NCBI GenBank assembly: GCA_965369655.1 | Contig: CBDUQR010000002.1 | Location: forward strand, 1-64,000 | DNA from: an uncultured bacterium | Lineage (GTDB): Bacteria > Zixibacteria > MSB-5A5 > JAABVY01 > JAHJOQ01 | Direction of reading: 5' to 3' | Length of the DNA: 64,000 nt | Shown here: positions 49,379 through 58,517 of the stretch, piece after piece | How positions within the stretch are numbered: the stretch's first letter is position 1 | How the letters are laid out: every line of letters begins with the position of its first letter | Made by a program: the position numbers and the translations under genes | The notes under the pieces: generated by a model | What the model saw: the letters and a program-made list of their open reading frames with translations, nothing else | The model's database searches: none | Told to the model about the DNA's origin: nothing

Positions 49379-52300
49379 ATGAAATCTGCGAAATTCTTAG
49401 CAATCTTTGTGGTACTTGCGGTTCTCTTTGCCGTTCCTGCGTTCGCGCAGGATACTGGCGTTCTGGACACCGTCCGCTGGGTACCGGAGAGTACGACGTG
49501 GACGATCGATGCCGCAGGAGATTCGCTCTTCTCGATCGAGGTCTTTGGCTGGACGGACCAGAGTATTACAGCTCTTTCACTCGGTTTCAAGATCCCGACG
49601 AGCTCCGGTGGCGGCACCGGTCATGATGATTCGCTGATAGTGGTTGATTCATTTAATTTCACTATGTCGACGGGCTTTCCAGTACCATGGGCCTGGAGCG
49701 CGGTGGATTCAGCGCGCTTCGCAGATGATTTTCTACGGCACAGCTTGTACAATGGCATCCTGCTCGGACGGATCATGCCGACCTTCCCTGCGAATACATC
49801 ATCTAAGATTGGTGATCTGTTCATCAATATCCCTGATCCCACCTTGCTGCCATGTGAGTTCGACATAGCTATCGACTCGGTCTTTTTCCCGCCTGCTGGG
49901 GCTTTCAAGTTCTCTCCCTCTGGCGGCTCAGGCTACGCGCCTGAGTATGTAGGTGCGACAATTCATGTGGTGAACAATATCTGTATTCCTGATGAGGAAC
50001 CGACAATTTACCTCAATCCGACAAGCTTTACATTTAACGCTGTCGAGAATGGTTCCAATCCGGTCGCGCAATCACTCAGTATCATTAATACAGGTTCTGG
50101 AACACTGAACTGGACAGCATCAGTTGATCAGACATGGTTGACTCTTGCCGCATACAGTGGTACAGGAGATGGTGCAGTAAATGTATTAGCTAATAGAGGT
50201 AGTTTGACTGCTGGCACTTACAATGGTACGGTGACAGTGTCTGATCCTGCGGCGACGAATAATCCGCAGACAGCATCAGTGACATTTATCATTGCACCGG
50301 CTCCACCTGAGATCGTGCTCGATACGACGAGCTTTACGTTCGATGCAATTGAAGGTGGACCGAATCCGGATGATGATACTCTCTGGATCTCAAATGGCGG
50401 TGGTGGAACGCTCGACTGGTCGGTTGGCGATGATGCAACCTGGCTGACCACTACTCCCGTTGCGGGTACCGGAGACGGATACACCGTCCTGAGCGTGAAT
50501 GTCTCAGGCCAGCAAGTCGGCACTCACGTTGCGACTGTTTTTGTCACCGATCCTGCCGCAAGCAATACTCCTCAGACGGTTGATGTTACACTGAATATTG
50601 TATGCGACCCATCTGAGATAGAGGTGACTCCGTTGAGTTTCACATTCGATGCTGTCGAAGGTGGACCGAATCCACCGGCACAGAATATGTTAATTGGAAG
50701 TAGTGGTTCTTGCGACGTCAATTGGACTGCAACGATTATAGCTGGATGGCTTTCACTTTCTGAATATTCCGGAACTGCGGCGTCGAGTGTCGATATTTCT
50801 GTGGACATCTTGGGATTAGACGCCGGTACTTATGAAGATACTATCGTGATTTCACACGATGGGATCAATGAAAGTCCCGTTAAAGTTCCAGTGACGCTGT
50901 ATGTTAATTGCATTCCGGCAGAGTTGGAGACTTCACCATCGAGCTTCGCTTTTGATGCTCAGGAGGATGGCGCAAATCCGACCCCGCAGATCCTGCACAT
51001 TACAAATGGTGGGACTTGTGAACTATATTGGGGTGCAAGTAATTCTCAGCCCTGGCTCACGCTTTCTGATTACTCTGGAACTGGCCCCATTGATATCGAT
51101 GTCATGGTTGATATAACCAGCATGACTGCTGGCGAGTACCACGATACGATTGTCGTATTCGATGATGGCAGTCAAATTGACACCATACCTGTTGTGCTCA
51201 CAATCGGTACAGAGCCGCTGTTGATGGTTGCGCCGAGCGAGCTCAATTTCACCGCTCCGGATGGCGGACCGAATCCTGCTTCTCAGGATGTTGATATTAC
51301 ATCGACCGACTCGCCTGATACGGAGCTTGAGTGGGTCGTTATTGAGCCTGGCAAGCCTATCGCCTGGTTGAGTTATGATCCGGCTTTGGGCACCACCCCT
51401 TCGGTTATGACTGTCAGTGTAAATATGGATGGGCTGTCTGCGGGTGTTTACAACGACAGCATAATGCTTACGAAGAATGTTCCGGACAAGGACGATATCG
51501 GCGATACGGTGACTGTCTATGCTGAATTGACGGTTACTGGTGTTCCGGAAATCGATCTGATTCCGAATTACTTCTTCTTCACCTGGGAAGAGGGTTCACC
51601 GATTGTTCCTGATGACCAGGATATGAATATCACCAACACAGGCTCCGGTACCCTGAACTGGACTCTCTATGATACCGAGCTGATTGGCTGGCTTGATCCG
51701 TCGGCGTTTTCAGGTACCGCGCCATCGGTGGTGACACTTTCGATAGACACTGGTCCATCACTTACAGCCGGCAACATATATGTTGACACGATTGTAGTTG
51801 AATGTGCTGATGCGATCAATCCGCTCGAGATTGCGATTGTCGAGCTTGAAGTGACCGAACCGCCGGTGCTTGACGACGACACGGTCTGGGTTGGAAATAC
51901 AAGCGGACTTCCCGGCGAGCAGGTTATCGTTCCTGTGACTTTCGCCAACAGTGTATATCTGTCAGGCATCTCACTGCCGCTTATCTTTGACGATATGCTG
52001 GCGAAAATCGACAATGGTATTACCTGTGACTCGGTCTCGTTCATCGGGTCGAGGGTCGACTACATTGGCGCGAAGCCAGTCACGATTGACAATATCAACA
52101 AGACTGTACTGGCAGGTGTGATAGTTATTAGCGAGCCGCTAATTCCGGCAGGCAACGGCCTGATGGCGAACCTGTATTTCTCGATCGCTCCGGGCGCCGC
52201 ACCGGGAATCGTTCCGATAGACTCGACGTTTATCCTTCCTGCAAACGAACTGATGTTCGCTGACAGCCTTGGTGGCGCGATCTATCCGGAGTTCTTCTAT

Positions 52301-54418
52301 GGAACAATTGAGATTCTCGAACCACCTTCGACGGCTTGCCTCGAGGTCAGCGATGGCTTCTTTGATTTCCAGGCGATTGTAAGCGGTCCGAATCCTTACG
52401 ATCAGTACCTTGACATCATCAACTGTGGTGATGTGGAACTCAACTGGGATGCCTGGACTCATGTAGGTACGTGGCTGAGCATCGATCCAACAACGGGAGT
52501 GGATGATGCAACGGTGACTCTCTCAGTCGATATTACAGGTCTTCCGGAAGGTGATTACATCGATTCAATTACTGTTGATGCCGGTGATGCCGACAATTCA
52601 CCGCAGTACGTACATGTTGACTTGCACGTTGGCCCGCCGTTGTCACAGTACATCTCAGGCGTCGTGCAGGATCCTGCCGACGTAGTGATTGACGGCGCGA
52701 CTGTCGAGCTCTGGGATGTGTTCCCCACTGGTACCATCCTCGAGACGGCAACTTCAGCAGGCGATGGTTCGTTCATGTTCACTGGTTACACAGGTTATTA
52801 TGTGGTCCGTGCGTACAAGAACGGTTACTATCAGAATTTCATGGATGTGACCGCGCCAGACGAGGCTGTTGTCATAGTCCTGACGCCGACTGGCACGCCA
52901 ACTCCTACCAACGAGTGGGTGGATCTCTACTGTGACATGGCCATGTTCGAGGATTATCCGATCCTCCCGGGTGATGTCGTAGAAGCTTACGATCCGGACG
53001 GTATTCTCTGCGGTCAGTATTTCGTCACCGAGATTGGCAAGTACGGCTTCATGCCGGTCTACCGCGACGACGACTTCACACCTGGTATCGACGAAGGTTG
53101 TGATCCGGGTGACGCGATCACGGTGATGCTCAACGGCTTCGATATGACTCCGTACCTCGGTGCTCCGTTATTCTGGACCCAGAATGGTGACAGGATCGAA
53201 GCATGCTTCGATGGTTACATCATCGACGAGATTTGCATGGATCTCTGCGAGGGTTGGAACCTGATCTCGTGGAATGTCGATACGGAAGTTGACGACATCG
53301 ACGTCGTTATGCTTCCGATCATGGATTACATTGACGTCATGCTTGGATTCGAACAGGGTGCGTTGACGTTCGATCCCGATTATCCTGAGTTCTCTACGCT
53401 CGAGTTTGTCGACCACTACCACGGTTACTGGGTCAAGATGACTCAGGCTGCCGAGTTCTGCGTATCAGGTTTGCCGGTCGATCCATCGACGCCAATCTCT
53501 CTCGAAGAAGGCTGGAACCTTGCGTCCTATCTGCCTGATGGCGTTATGGCCACAGAGGAAGCTCTGGTTTCGATTCTTGACGTGCTGATCGTCGCTCTCG
53601 GATTCAACTGCGAAGAGGGCGGTATGGTGTACGATCCTGAGAATCCTGGCATGTCTGACCTCGAATTCCTTGGCCCAGGATTTGGATACTGGTACAAGGT
53701 CACTCAGGATGTCATGCTGACCTATCCGAGCGATGTTCCGTGGGCTGCGATGTTCTCCGGTGAGCCGGACAAGACATCGGCCAAGCTTGCCGTGCTGAAA
53801 GATGTTACTCCTACGACTCAGTGGGTGGATATCTTCGGCGGCAATGTCACGATTGACGGTCGTGCGCTTGCAACCGGTTCGATCGTCGAGGCTGTCGATG
53901 AACACGGCGCCGTTTGTGGCGCGTTCGAGATCAAAGCCTCCGGCAGACTCGGTTTCATGGCGGTCTATGGCGATGACATGACAACTTCAGATACGTACGA
54001 AGGTCCGACTACGGGCGGTACGTTTTACCTCGTGGTGGACGGCATCGCGACAGAGGAGACATTCGTGTGGACCGGGCACGGCGAGCGTGTCGAGATCGGC
54101 GCCCTGAGCTCTCTCGGTGGCGGCGGCGTAACGCTTCCGGATGCTTACGTACTGGAGCAGAACTATCCGAACCCGTTCAATCCGAAGACCAGCATCTCGT
54201 TCAGCGTCGGTAACGATGCTTATGTGAATCTGGTCGTATACAACCTTCTTGGCGAAGTTGTGAATGTTCTGGTCGATGAATTCAGAGCCGCCGGCGACTA
54301 CACGGTCGACTGGAACGGTGACGACCTGAGCGGACGCACAGTCTCTTCCGGCGTCTACTTCTACAAGCTGACGTCCGGCGACTATACTGAGACCAGGAAG
54401 ATGATGTTGATGAAGTAA
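49379..54418 (+). CDS. Large secreted scaffoldin-like protein: cohesin-like, 7 BACON-like Ig repeats, cohesin, carboxypeptidase-regulatory-like domain, GWNL repeats, T9SS type A-like CTD
   Basis: Signal peptide AFA; repeated 'F.F.A.EGG.NP..Q...I.N.G.G.L.W....WL'; DTVWVG..PGEQVIVPV..LSGISLPL..DSVSFIGSRV..GLMANLYF..IDST; QNYPNPFNP..RKMMLMK. Confidence 0.85.
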   Translation: MKSAKFLAIFVVLAVLFAVPAFAQDTGVLDTVRWVPESTTWTIDAAGDSLFSIEVFGWTDQSITALSLGFKIPTSSGGGTGHDDSLIVVDSFNFTMSTGFPVPWAWSAVDSARFADDFLRHSLYNGILLGRIMPTFPANTSSKIGDLFINIPDPTLLPCEFDIAIDSVFFPPAGAFKFSPSGGSGYAPEYVGATIHVVNNICIPDEEPTIYLNPTSFTFNAVENGSNPVAQSLSIINTGSGTLNWTASVDQTWLTLAAYSGTGDGAVNVLANRGSLTAGTYNGTVTVSDPAATNNPQTASVTFIIAPAPPEIVLDTTSFTFDAIEGGPNPDDDTLWISNGGGGTLDWSVGDDATWLTTTPVAGTGDGYTVLSVNVSGQQVGTHVATVFVTDPAASNTPQTVDVTLNIVCDPSEIEVTPLSFTFDAVEGGPNPPAQNMLIGSSGSCDVNWTATIIAGWLSLSEYSGTAASSVDISVDILGLDAGTYEDTIVISHDGINESPVKVPVTLYVNCIPAELETSPSSFAFDAQEDGANPTPQILHITNGGTCELYWGASNSQPWLTLSDYSGTGPIDIDVMVDITSMTAGEYHDTIVVFDDGSQIDTIPVVLTIGTEPLLMVAPSELNFTAPDGGPNPASQDVDITSTDSPDTELEWVVIEPGKPIAWLSYDPALGTTPSVMTVSVNMDGLSAGVYNDSIMLTKNVPDKDDIGDTVTVYAELTVTGVPEIDLIPNYFFFTWEEGSPIVPDDQDMNITNTGSGTLNWTLYDTELIGWLDPSAFSGTAPSVVTLSIDTGPSLTAGNIYVDTIVVECADAINPLEIAIVELEVTEPPVLDDDTVWVGNTSGLPGEQVIVPVTFANSVYLSGISLPLIFDDMLAKIDNGITCDSVSFIGSRVDYIGAKPVTIDNINKTVLAGVIVISEPLIPAGNGLMANLYFSIAPGAAPGIVPIDSTFILPANELMFADSLGGAIYPEFFYGTIEILEPPSTACLEVSDGFFDFQAIVSGPNPYDQYLDIINCGDVELNWDAWTHVGTWLSIDPTTGVDDATVTLSVDITGLPEGDYIDSITVDAGDADNSPQYVHVDLHVGPPLSQYISGVVQDPADVVIDGATVELWDVFPTGTILETATSAGDGSFMFTGYTGYYVVRAYKNGYYQNFMDVTAPDEAVVIVLTPTGTPTPTNEWVDLYCDMAMFEDYPILPGDVVEAYDPDGILCGQYFVTEIGKYGFMPVYRDDDFTPGIDEGCDPGDAITVMLNGFDMTPYLGAPLFWTQNGDRIEACFDGYIIDEICMDLCEGWNLISWNVDTEVDDIDVVMLPIMDYIDVMLGFEQGALTFDPDYPEFSTLEFVDHYHGYWVKMTQAAEFCVSGLPVDPSTPISLEEGWNLASYLPDGVMATEEALVSILDVLIVALGFNCEEGGMVYDPENPGMSDLEFLGPGFGYWYKVTQDVMLTYPSDVPWAAMFSGEPDKTSAKLAVLKDVTPTTQWVDIFGGNVTIDGRALATGSIVEAVDEHGAVCGAFEIKASGRLGFMAVYGDDMTTSDTYEGPTTGGTFYLVVDGIATEETFVWTGHGERVEIGALSSLGGGGVTLPDAYVLEQNYPNPFNPKTSISFSVGNDAYVNLVVYNLLGEVVNVLVDEFRAAGDYTVDWNGDDLSGRTVSSGVYFYKLTSGDYTETRKMMLMK

Positions 54419-54430
54419 CAGCCCTTTAAC

Positions 54431-54461
54431 GGCAGGGCGGTTAGAACCCGCCCTGCCCTTT
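54431..54461 (+). terminator. GC-rich hairpin between the two CTD genes (terminator or mRNA stabiliser)
   Basis: ggcagggcgg-ttagaac-ccgccctgcc followed by cttt. Confidence 0.6.
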
Positions 54462-54475
54462 CTCGGAGGTGACTC

Positions 54476-55525
54476 TTGAAGAAATTCAAACGTAATATCG
54501 CGAGGCTGTTACCTCTCTTGTTGTTGTCAGTCCTTATGGCGTCATCCGCAAGCGCTCAGGTAATTCCGACAGACCAGTGGGTGCATTTCTGGAGCCCGAG
54601 TTCGACCTTAAATGGACAGCCGCTGCCGATTGGAGCGATTGTTGACACATATGATCCGGACGGCGTACATTGCGGTCGGTTCATCGTCCATACTACCGGT
54701 CAGTACGGTTACCTTTCAGTTTACCATGATGATAGTTACACGCCGGGTGTCGATGAGGGTGCGCTTTCCGGCGATACGATCACAATCATGGTAAATGGCG
54801 TACTGGCAGATGTTCTTGGTCCTGACGATCCCGAGTGGACGTTCAACTTCGCATTTCTGAACATCGACCTGGGCGTTCTGATCAATCTTGCGCTCGAGTT
54901 GACTACTCCACTTGACGACGTGGGAGCGCCAAACGGTTTCGTCGATTACACGTACAAGGTGAAGAATACCGGTGAGGGGATCGATTTCTTCAACCTCGAA
55001 GCTGTTTCATCCGGTGGATGGACAGTCGAAATTCTCGGCGGCGACGCCACAGGCTACCTGAATCCGGGGGAGGAGACAGATGTAGTCGTGCGAGTCCATG
55101 TACCAGGCACTGCCCAGGATGGCGATACCGATGATCTGACTCTGACCGCCAGTTCAGCTATGGATGCCACCGTATCTGAGAGCGGTACAGTGACGACCTC
55201 GGTGATCGAAAGCGCCGCAGGGGATCCCTATGATCCTCTCATTCCGGGCGTGTTTCATCTTCGCCAGAACTTCCCGAATCCGTTTAATCCTGTGACGACA
55301 ATCGAGTTCTCGATCGAAAAGGCGATGGACGTCGAGTTGATCGTTTACAACGTTATCGGGCAGGAGGTCAAAACGCTGGCCAACCGTCATCTGGAGATAG
55401 GCATGCATCAGTTCGAATGGGATGCCACAGATGAGAGTGGACAGAAAGTTGCAAGCGGAATCTACTTCTATCGACTTATCACTGATGAGTACGCGAGAAC
55501 GCGCAAAATGATGCTGATGAAATAA
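54476..55525 (+). CDS. Secreted protein with T9SS type A-like CTD, sharing a domain with the upstream protein
   Basis: Signal peptide; PTDQWV..YDPDGVHCG..VYHDD..TPGVDEG; Ig-like domain; QNFPNPFNP..RKMMLMK; SD ggaggt. Confidence 0.85.
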   Translation: MKKFKRNIARLLPLLLLSVLMASSASAQVIPTDQWVHFWSPSSTLNGQPLPIGAIVDTYDPDGVHCGRFIVHTTGQYGYLSVYHDDSYTPGVDEGALSGDTITIMVNGVLADVLGPDDPEWTFNFAFLNIDLGVLINLALELTTPLDDVGAPNGFVDYTYKVKNTGEGIDFFNLEAVSSGGWTVEILGGDATGYLNPGEETDVVVRVHVPGTAQDGDTDDLTLTASSAMDATVSESGTVTTSVIESAAGDPYDPLIPGVFHLRQNFPNPFNPVTTIEFSIEKAMDVELIVYNVIGQEVKTLANRHLEIGMHQFEWDATDESGQKVASGIYFYRLITDEYARTRKMMLMK

Positions 55526-55550
55526 TTCACCCTGTCCTGTTGTTGAGTCG

Positions 55551-55583
55551 GAGCCCTTCCCATGAGGAGGGGCTCATTTTTTT
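55551..55583 (+). terminator. Intrinsic terminator
   Basis: gagcccttcc-catga-ggaggggctc followed by a T7 run. Confidence 0.8.
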
Positions 55584-56211
55584 CAGGTTGTGTCTTCTCC
55601 GCAATCCGGCATCGAGATGAGCATAATTGTCGACAGAAACTTTCGGGAGTCCGCGAAAAATCTGACCGCACCCGAGCTGACAATCGGATTCAATGATCTC
55701 AAGCTCATTGGATTGGGGCGTTCATCATGTCCGAATACTATCGGAGCCTGTACAGCCTGTATGTCGTTCGGGTTCATTTCTTCCAGTTCAACACGCCAGA
55801 GCATTCGCGGCATCGAGCAGTGAACCATACGCTGTCGGATGTTTTCTTCTGCCGGCGTGTCACTGTCCGAATCGCAGACTGAGTCACTCTGGGCGAGAAT
55901 GAGTCCGTGATCGGTGGAATTGGGACTCCCCCAATCGGGAGAATCACAGCAGTTGTACTTGGCGAATATGTGTTCGTGCATGTCCATTTGTTAATTGTAC
56001 GACAACTGAAGGACAATATCGGGCGGCTCTCTGTTGTCGTCAATATAGAACCGGTGTCATCAATCTCGAATCATTCAAGACGTTTTTTGGATTGACAGGG
56101 ATGCCCGCAGGTCCTTTTATGGGGGTAGTTAGGCACGGGTCTGATGACGGGATGCTGTATCTCTTATTGTTGGCAATCCCGTATCAGCCGGAATACCCGA
56201 GGAGTGCATGA

Positions 56212-56616
56212 ATGGATGAAGCTGCAACGCAGCAACAGGACATGGTCGTATCGCCGTTTGCGACCGAGTTTGAGTTTGAACTTCCCAAGGGATACATCGA
56301 CGACTATGGAAACGTGCATCGAGTCGGCAGAATGAGACTTGCGAACGCGAAGGACGAGATAGCGCCGCTTTCTGATCCTTTAGTGAGGGAGAACAAAGCG
56401 TATCTGGTGATATTGATTCTGTCGAGAGTGATAACGAGTCTTGGTAAAATCGAAATCGTCACGCCTGAGACAGTCGAACGATTGTTCTCGGCTGACATTT
56501 CATACCTTCAGGACTTTTATCAGAAGATCAATACCGATGGCGATGCGGTTGTCCCGGCGAAATGTCCGTCGTGCGGGCATGCGTTTGAGGTGGAGTATAA
56601 ATGCCTGGGAAAATGA
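56212..56616 (+). CDS. Phage-tail/contractile injection system tail assembly chaperone-like protein
   Basis: TEFEFELPKGYID..G..HR.G.MRLA.AKDEI.PL.D..VREN.AYL..LILSRVI..LG....V.....E.LF.AD..YLQDFY..IN, C-terminal CPSC. Confidence 0.8.
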   Translation: MDEAATQQQDMVVSPFATEFEFELPKGYIDDYGNVHRVGRMRLANAKDEIAPLSDPLVRENKAYLVILILSRVITSLGKIEIVTPETVERLFSADISYLQDFYQKINTDGDAVVPAKCPSCGHAFEVEYKCLGK

Positions 56617-56780
56617 CGGGCTACCCCCGTGAAGAGATATTTCGGGAGGTGGCCTTTATCGCATATCACTTTCACTGGAGACTCGATGATATAATGGTTC
56701 TGGACCACGGGACACGGCACAGGTTCATCGAGGAGATTTCGGGAATAAACCGTCGTATCAACGAGAACAGGTCGACATGA
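56613..56780 (+). CDS. DUF6760-like small protein (55 aa, absent from the ORF track)
   Basis: MTGYPREEIFREVAFIAYHFHWRLDDIMVLDHGTRHRFIEEISGINRRINENRST; EVAFIAYHFHW motif; ATGA overlap. Confidence 0.8.
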   Translation: MTGYPREEIFREVAFIAYHFHWRLDDIMVLDHGTRHRFIEEISGINRRINENRST

Positions 56781-56856
56781 AAGCAAGGATGAAACACGAT
56801 ATGGCTGACGGTGCGACCGCGGTCGGCCACAGAGGAGTAACAGAAAAGGAGAAGAC

Positions 56857-57708
56857 ATGTTGAAGAAGCTGGCTATTCTATTGACGATCAGTCTGCTGAT
56901 CCTCGGATGTTCGCCATCGGAAGAGACCGACGCCGAAACGACGCAGTCGGATTCTTACGTCACTATTGCGTACACGATGAAGGTGTCCGGAATACCGATG
57001 ATGGCTGAGATGACGTTCAATCAGAAGTATCTTACCGATGGCGCGATTGGCAGAGTTGAAATGGAATCGATCATTCCTGTCGGAGAGGATACGAAGACCT
57101 CGAAGTTCAGCACTATCATCGACGTCGATAACCGCGTCGTGCATTATGTCAATGACGTCTCGAAAACGTTTGCGACCGTACCTTTCCCCGACTCGCTCAG
57201 CACGCCGCCGATGACCTCACCGGAAATGACGATCAGCGTCGAGCCTAACGGGCAGGTGGATACGATTGCGGGTATCGAGTGCGACGGTATCGATCTTGCG
57301 CTGGAAATCTCATTCGTCGCTCAGGATCAACCTGTGAAATCGACCATGAGCGGGACGCTCTGGACCAGCGAGGATTTCCCCGGCTACGCCTCATATCAGG
57401 CGTTCCAGGAGAAGACCAGGAATGCGCTTCCGTCCGGCCAGATGCAGAGCGGGGGTTTCCTTGATTTCCTGACGAGATTCGGGATGAGCCGTGAGAACCT
57501 CGATTCGTTGTATGCTGCCATGAAAGGTTTCCCGTTCTCCGGTGATCTCGTAATCACATTGAACAAAGGTCTGCCGAATAGCTTTGACCTGAACACTAGG
57601 CTCGAAATGATCGAGACAAACACTGATGCGATCGACCGAGCGCTGTTTTCGGTACCTGAAGAATACACCGAGACAGAAGTCATGCAGATCATGATGCCGT
57701 CGAAGTAG
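56857..57708 (+). CDS. Hypothetical lipoprotein (DUF4412-like)
   Basis: Lipobox LILGC; TIAGIEC and LFSVPEEY motifs; SD aaggag. Confidence 0.7.
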   Translation: MLKKLAILLTISLLILGCSPSEETDAETTQSDSYVTIAYTMKVSGIPMMAEMTFNQKYLTDGAIGRVEMESIIPVGEDTKTSKFSTIIDVDNRVVHYVNDVSKTFATVPFPDSLSTPPMTSPEMTISVEPNGQVDTIAGIECDGIDLALEISFVAQDQPVKSTMSGTLWTSEDFPGYASYQAFQEKTRNALPSGQMQSGGFLDFLTRFGMSRENLDSLYAAMKGFPFSGDLVITLNKGLPNSFDLNTRLEMIETNTDAIDRALFSVPEEYTETEVMQIMMPSK

Positions 57709-57849
57709 TTTCACTCGGCGGCTGTTTGTGTTTTGATAGAAAGGCTGTGCTTCGCCGCTCCTTCAGGTGAGTGATTTCACAGGCGGCGGTGCATGGCCTT
57801 ATCTCTATTCGATTAGCGTTATGTGTCGGGGAGGGCCGTTCTTAATCGC

Positions 57850-58485
57850 ATGGACACATCCTGGATCAAGACCGCAAAGCGTTTGGAGAACGATCTTGCG
57901 GAATATCGCAGCCTGAAGATACGGCACGCCGAAGATGACACACTTGCTGCAATAAAAGCTCAACTCGATCGGCGCTACGCTCAGATGGCGGCGTTTGCTC
58001 TGGGGCTGCCTGATGCAGATATTAGTTTCGACTGCGACCTCGAATCGATGACCGAGCAATGGGTCGGCGTTGAAGGTCTCCGGTCGGTATTCGGACCCTC
58101 AGCCATTTCATCCTCACCGCCGTATATCTCAGCCGAACTGATCGGCTATGCCGGGAAACTCACCGATAGAAGTATAGCTACGGGTGTTTCCGACATGCCG
58201 GATCCCGTCGATAAGGGCGGACAGGTTACATATACATCCGCTCGAGCGCCGATGCTCGCTGATCATCTTCTGCAAAAATACGCAAGGAGAACTCTGCCGT
58301 CTAATGGCGTGTTTCAGGATGCACAGAGACTCGCAGAGGATTTCGCGAGTCGCAACAGCGCAGCACATATCCAGACTGTCGAGCGTCGCATTGGTTGCGG
58401 GGTCAGGCTGGATGCGGCTCAATCAAAGTATGATCTGGAGGCCCGAGGTGCAGATTCGCTGCCGAGTTTTTGCCATATCAAGTAG
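57850..58485 (+). CDS. Hypothetical protein
   Basis: Open frame of about 210 aa, co-directional with its neighbours; no recognised motif. Confidence 0.45.
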   Translation: MDTSWIKTAKRLENDLAEYRSLKIRHAEDDTLAAIKAQLDRRYAQMAAFALGLPDADISFDCDLESMTEQWVGVEGLRSVFGPSAISSSPPYISAELIGYAGKLTDRSIATGVSDMPDPVDKGGQVTYTSARAPMLADHLLQKYARRTLPSNGVFQDAQRLAEDFASRNSAAHIQTVERRIGCGVRLDAAQSKYDLEARGADSLPSFCHIK

Positions 58486-58517
58486 CGCTGTCTCAACAGT
58501 TATGCTGATAATCGCGA

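Noticed and set aside
55583-55987. 134-aa minus ORF or degraded tail-tube gene upstream of the chaperone
   Set aside because: No tube or sheath motif found by eye; atypical composition; left uncalled
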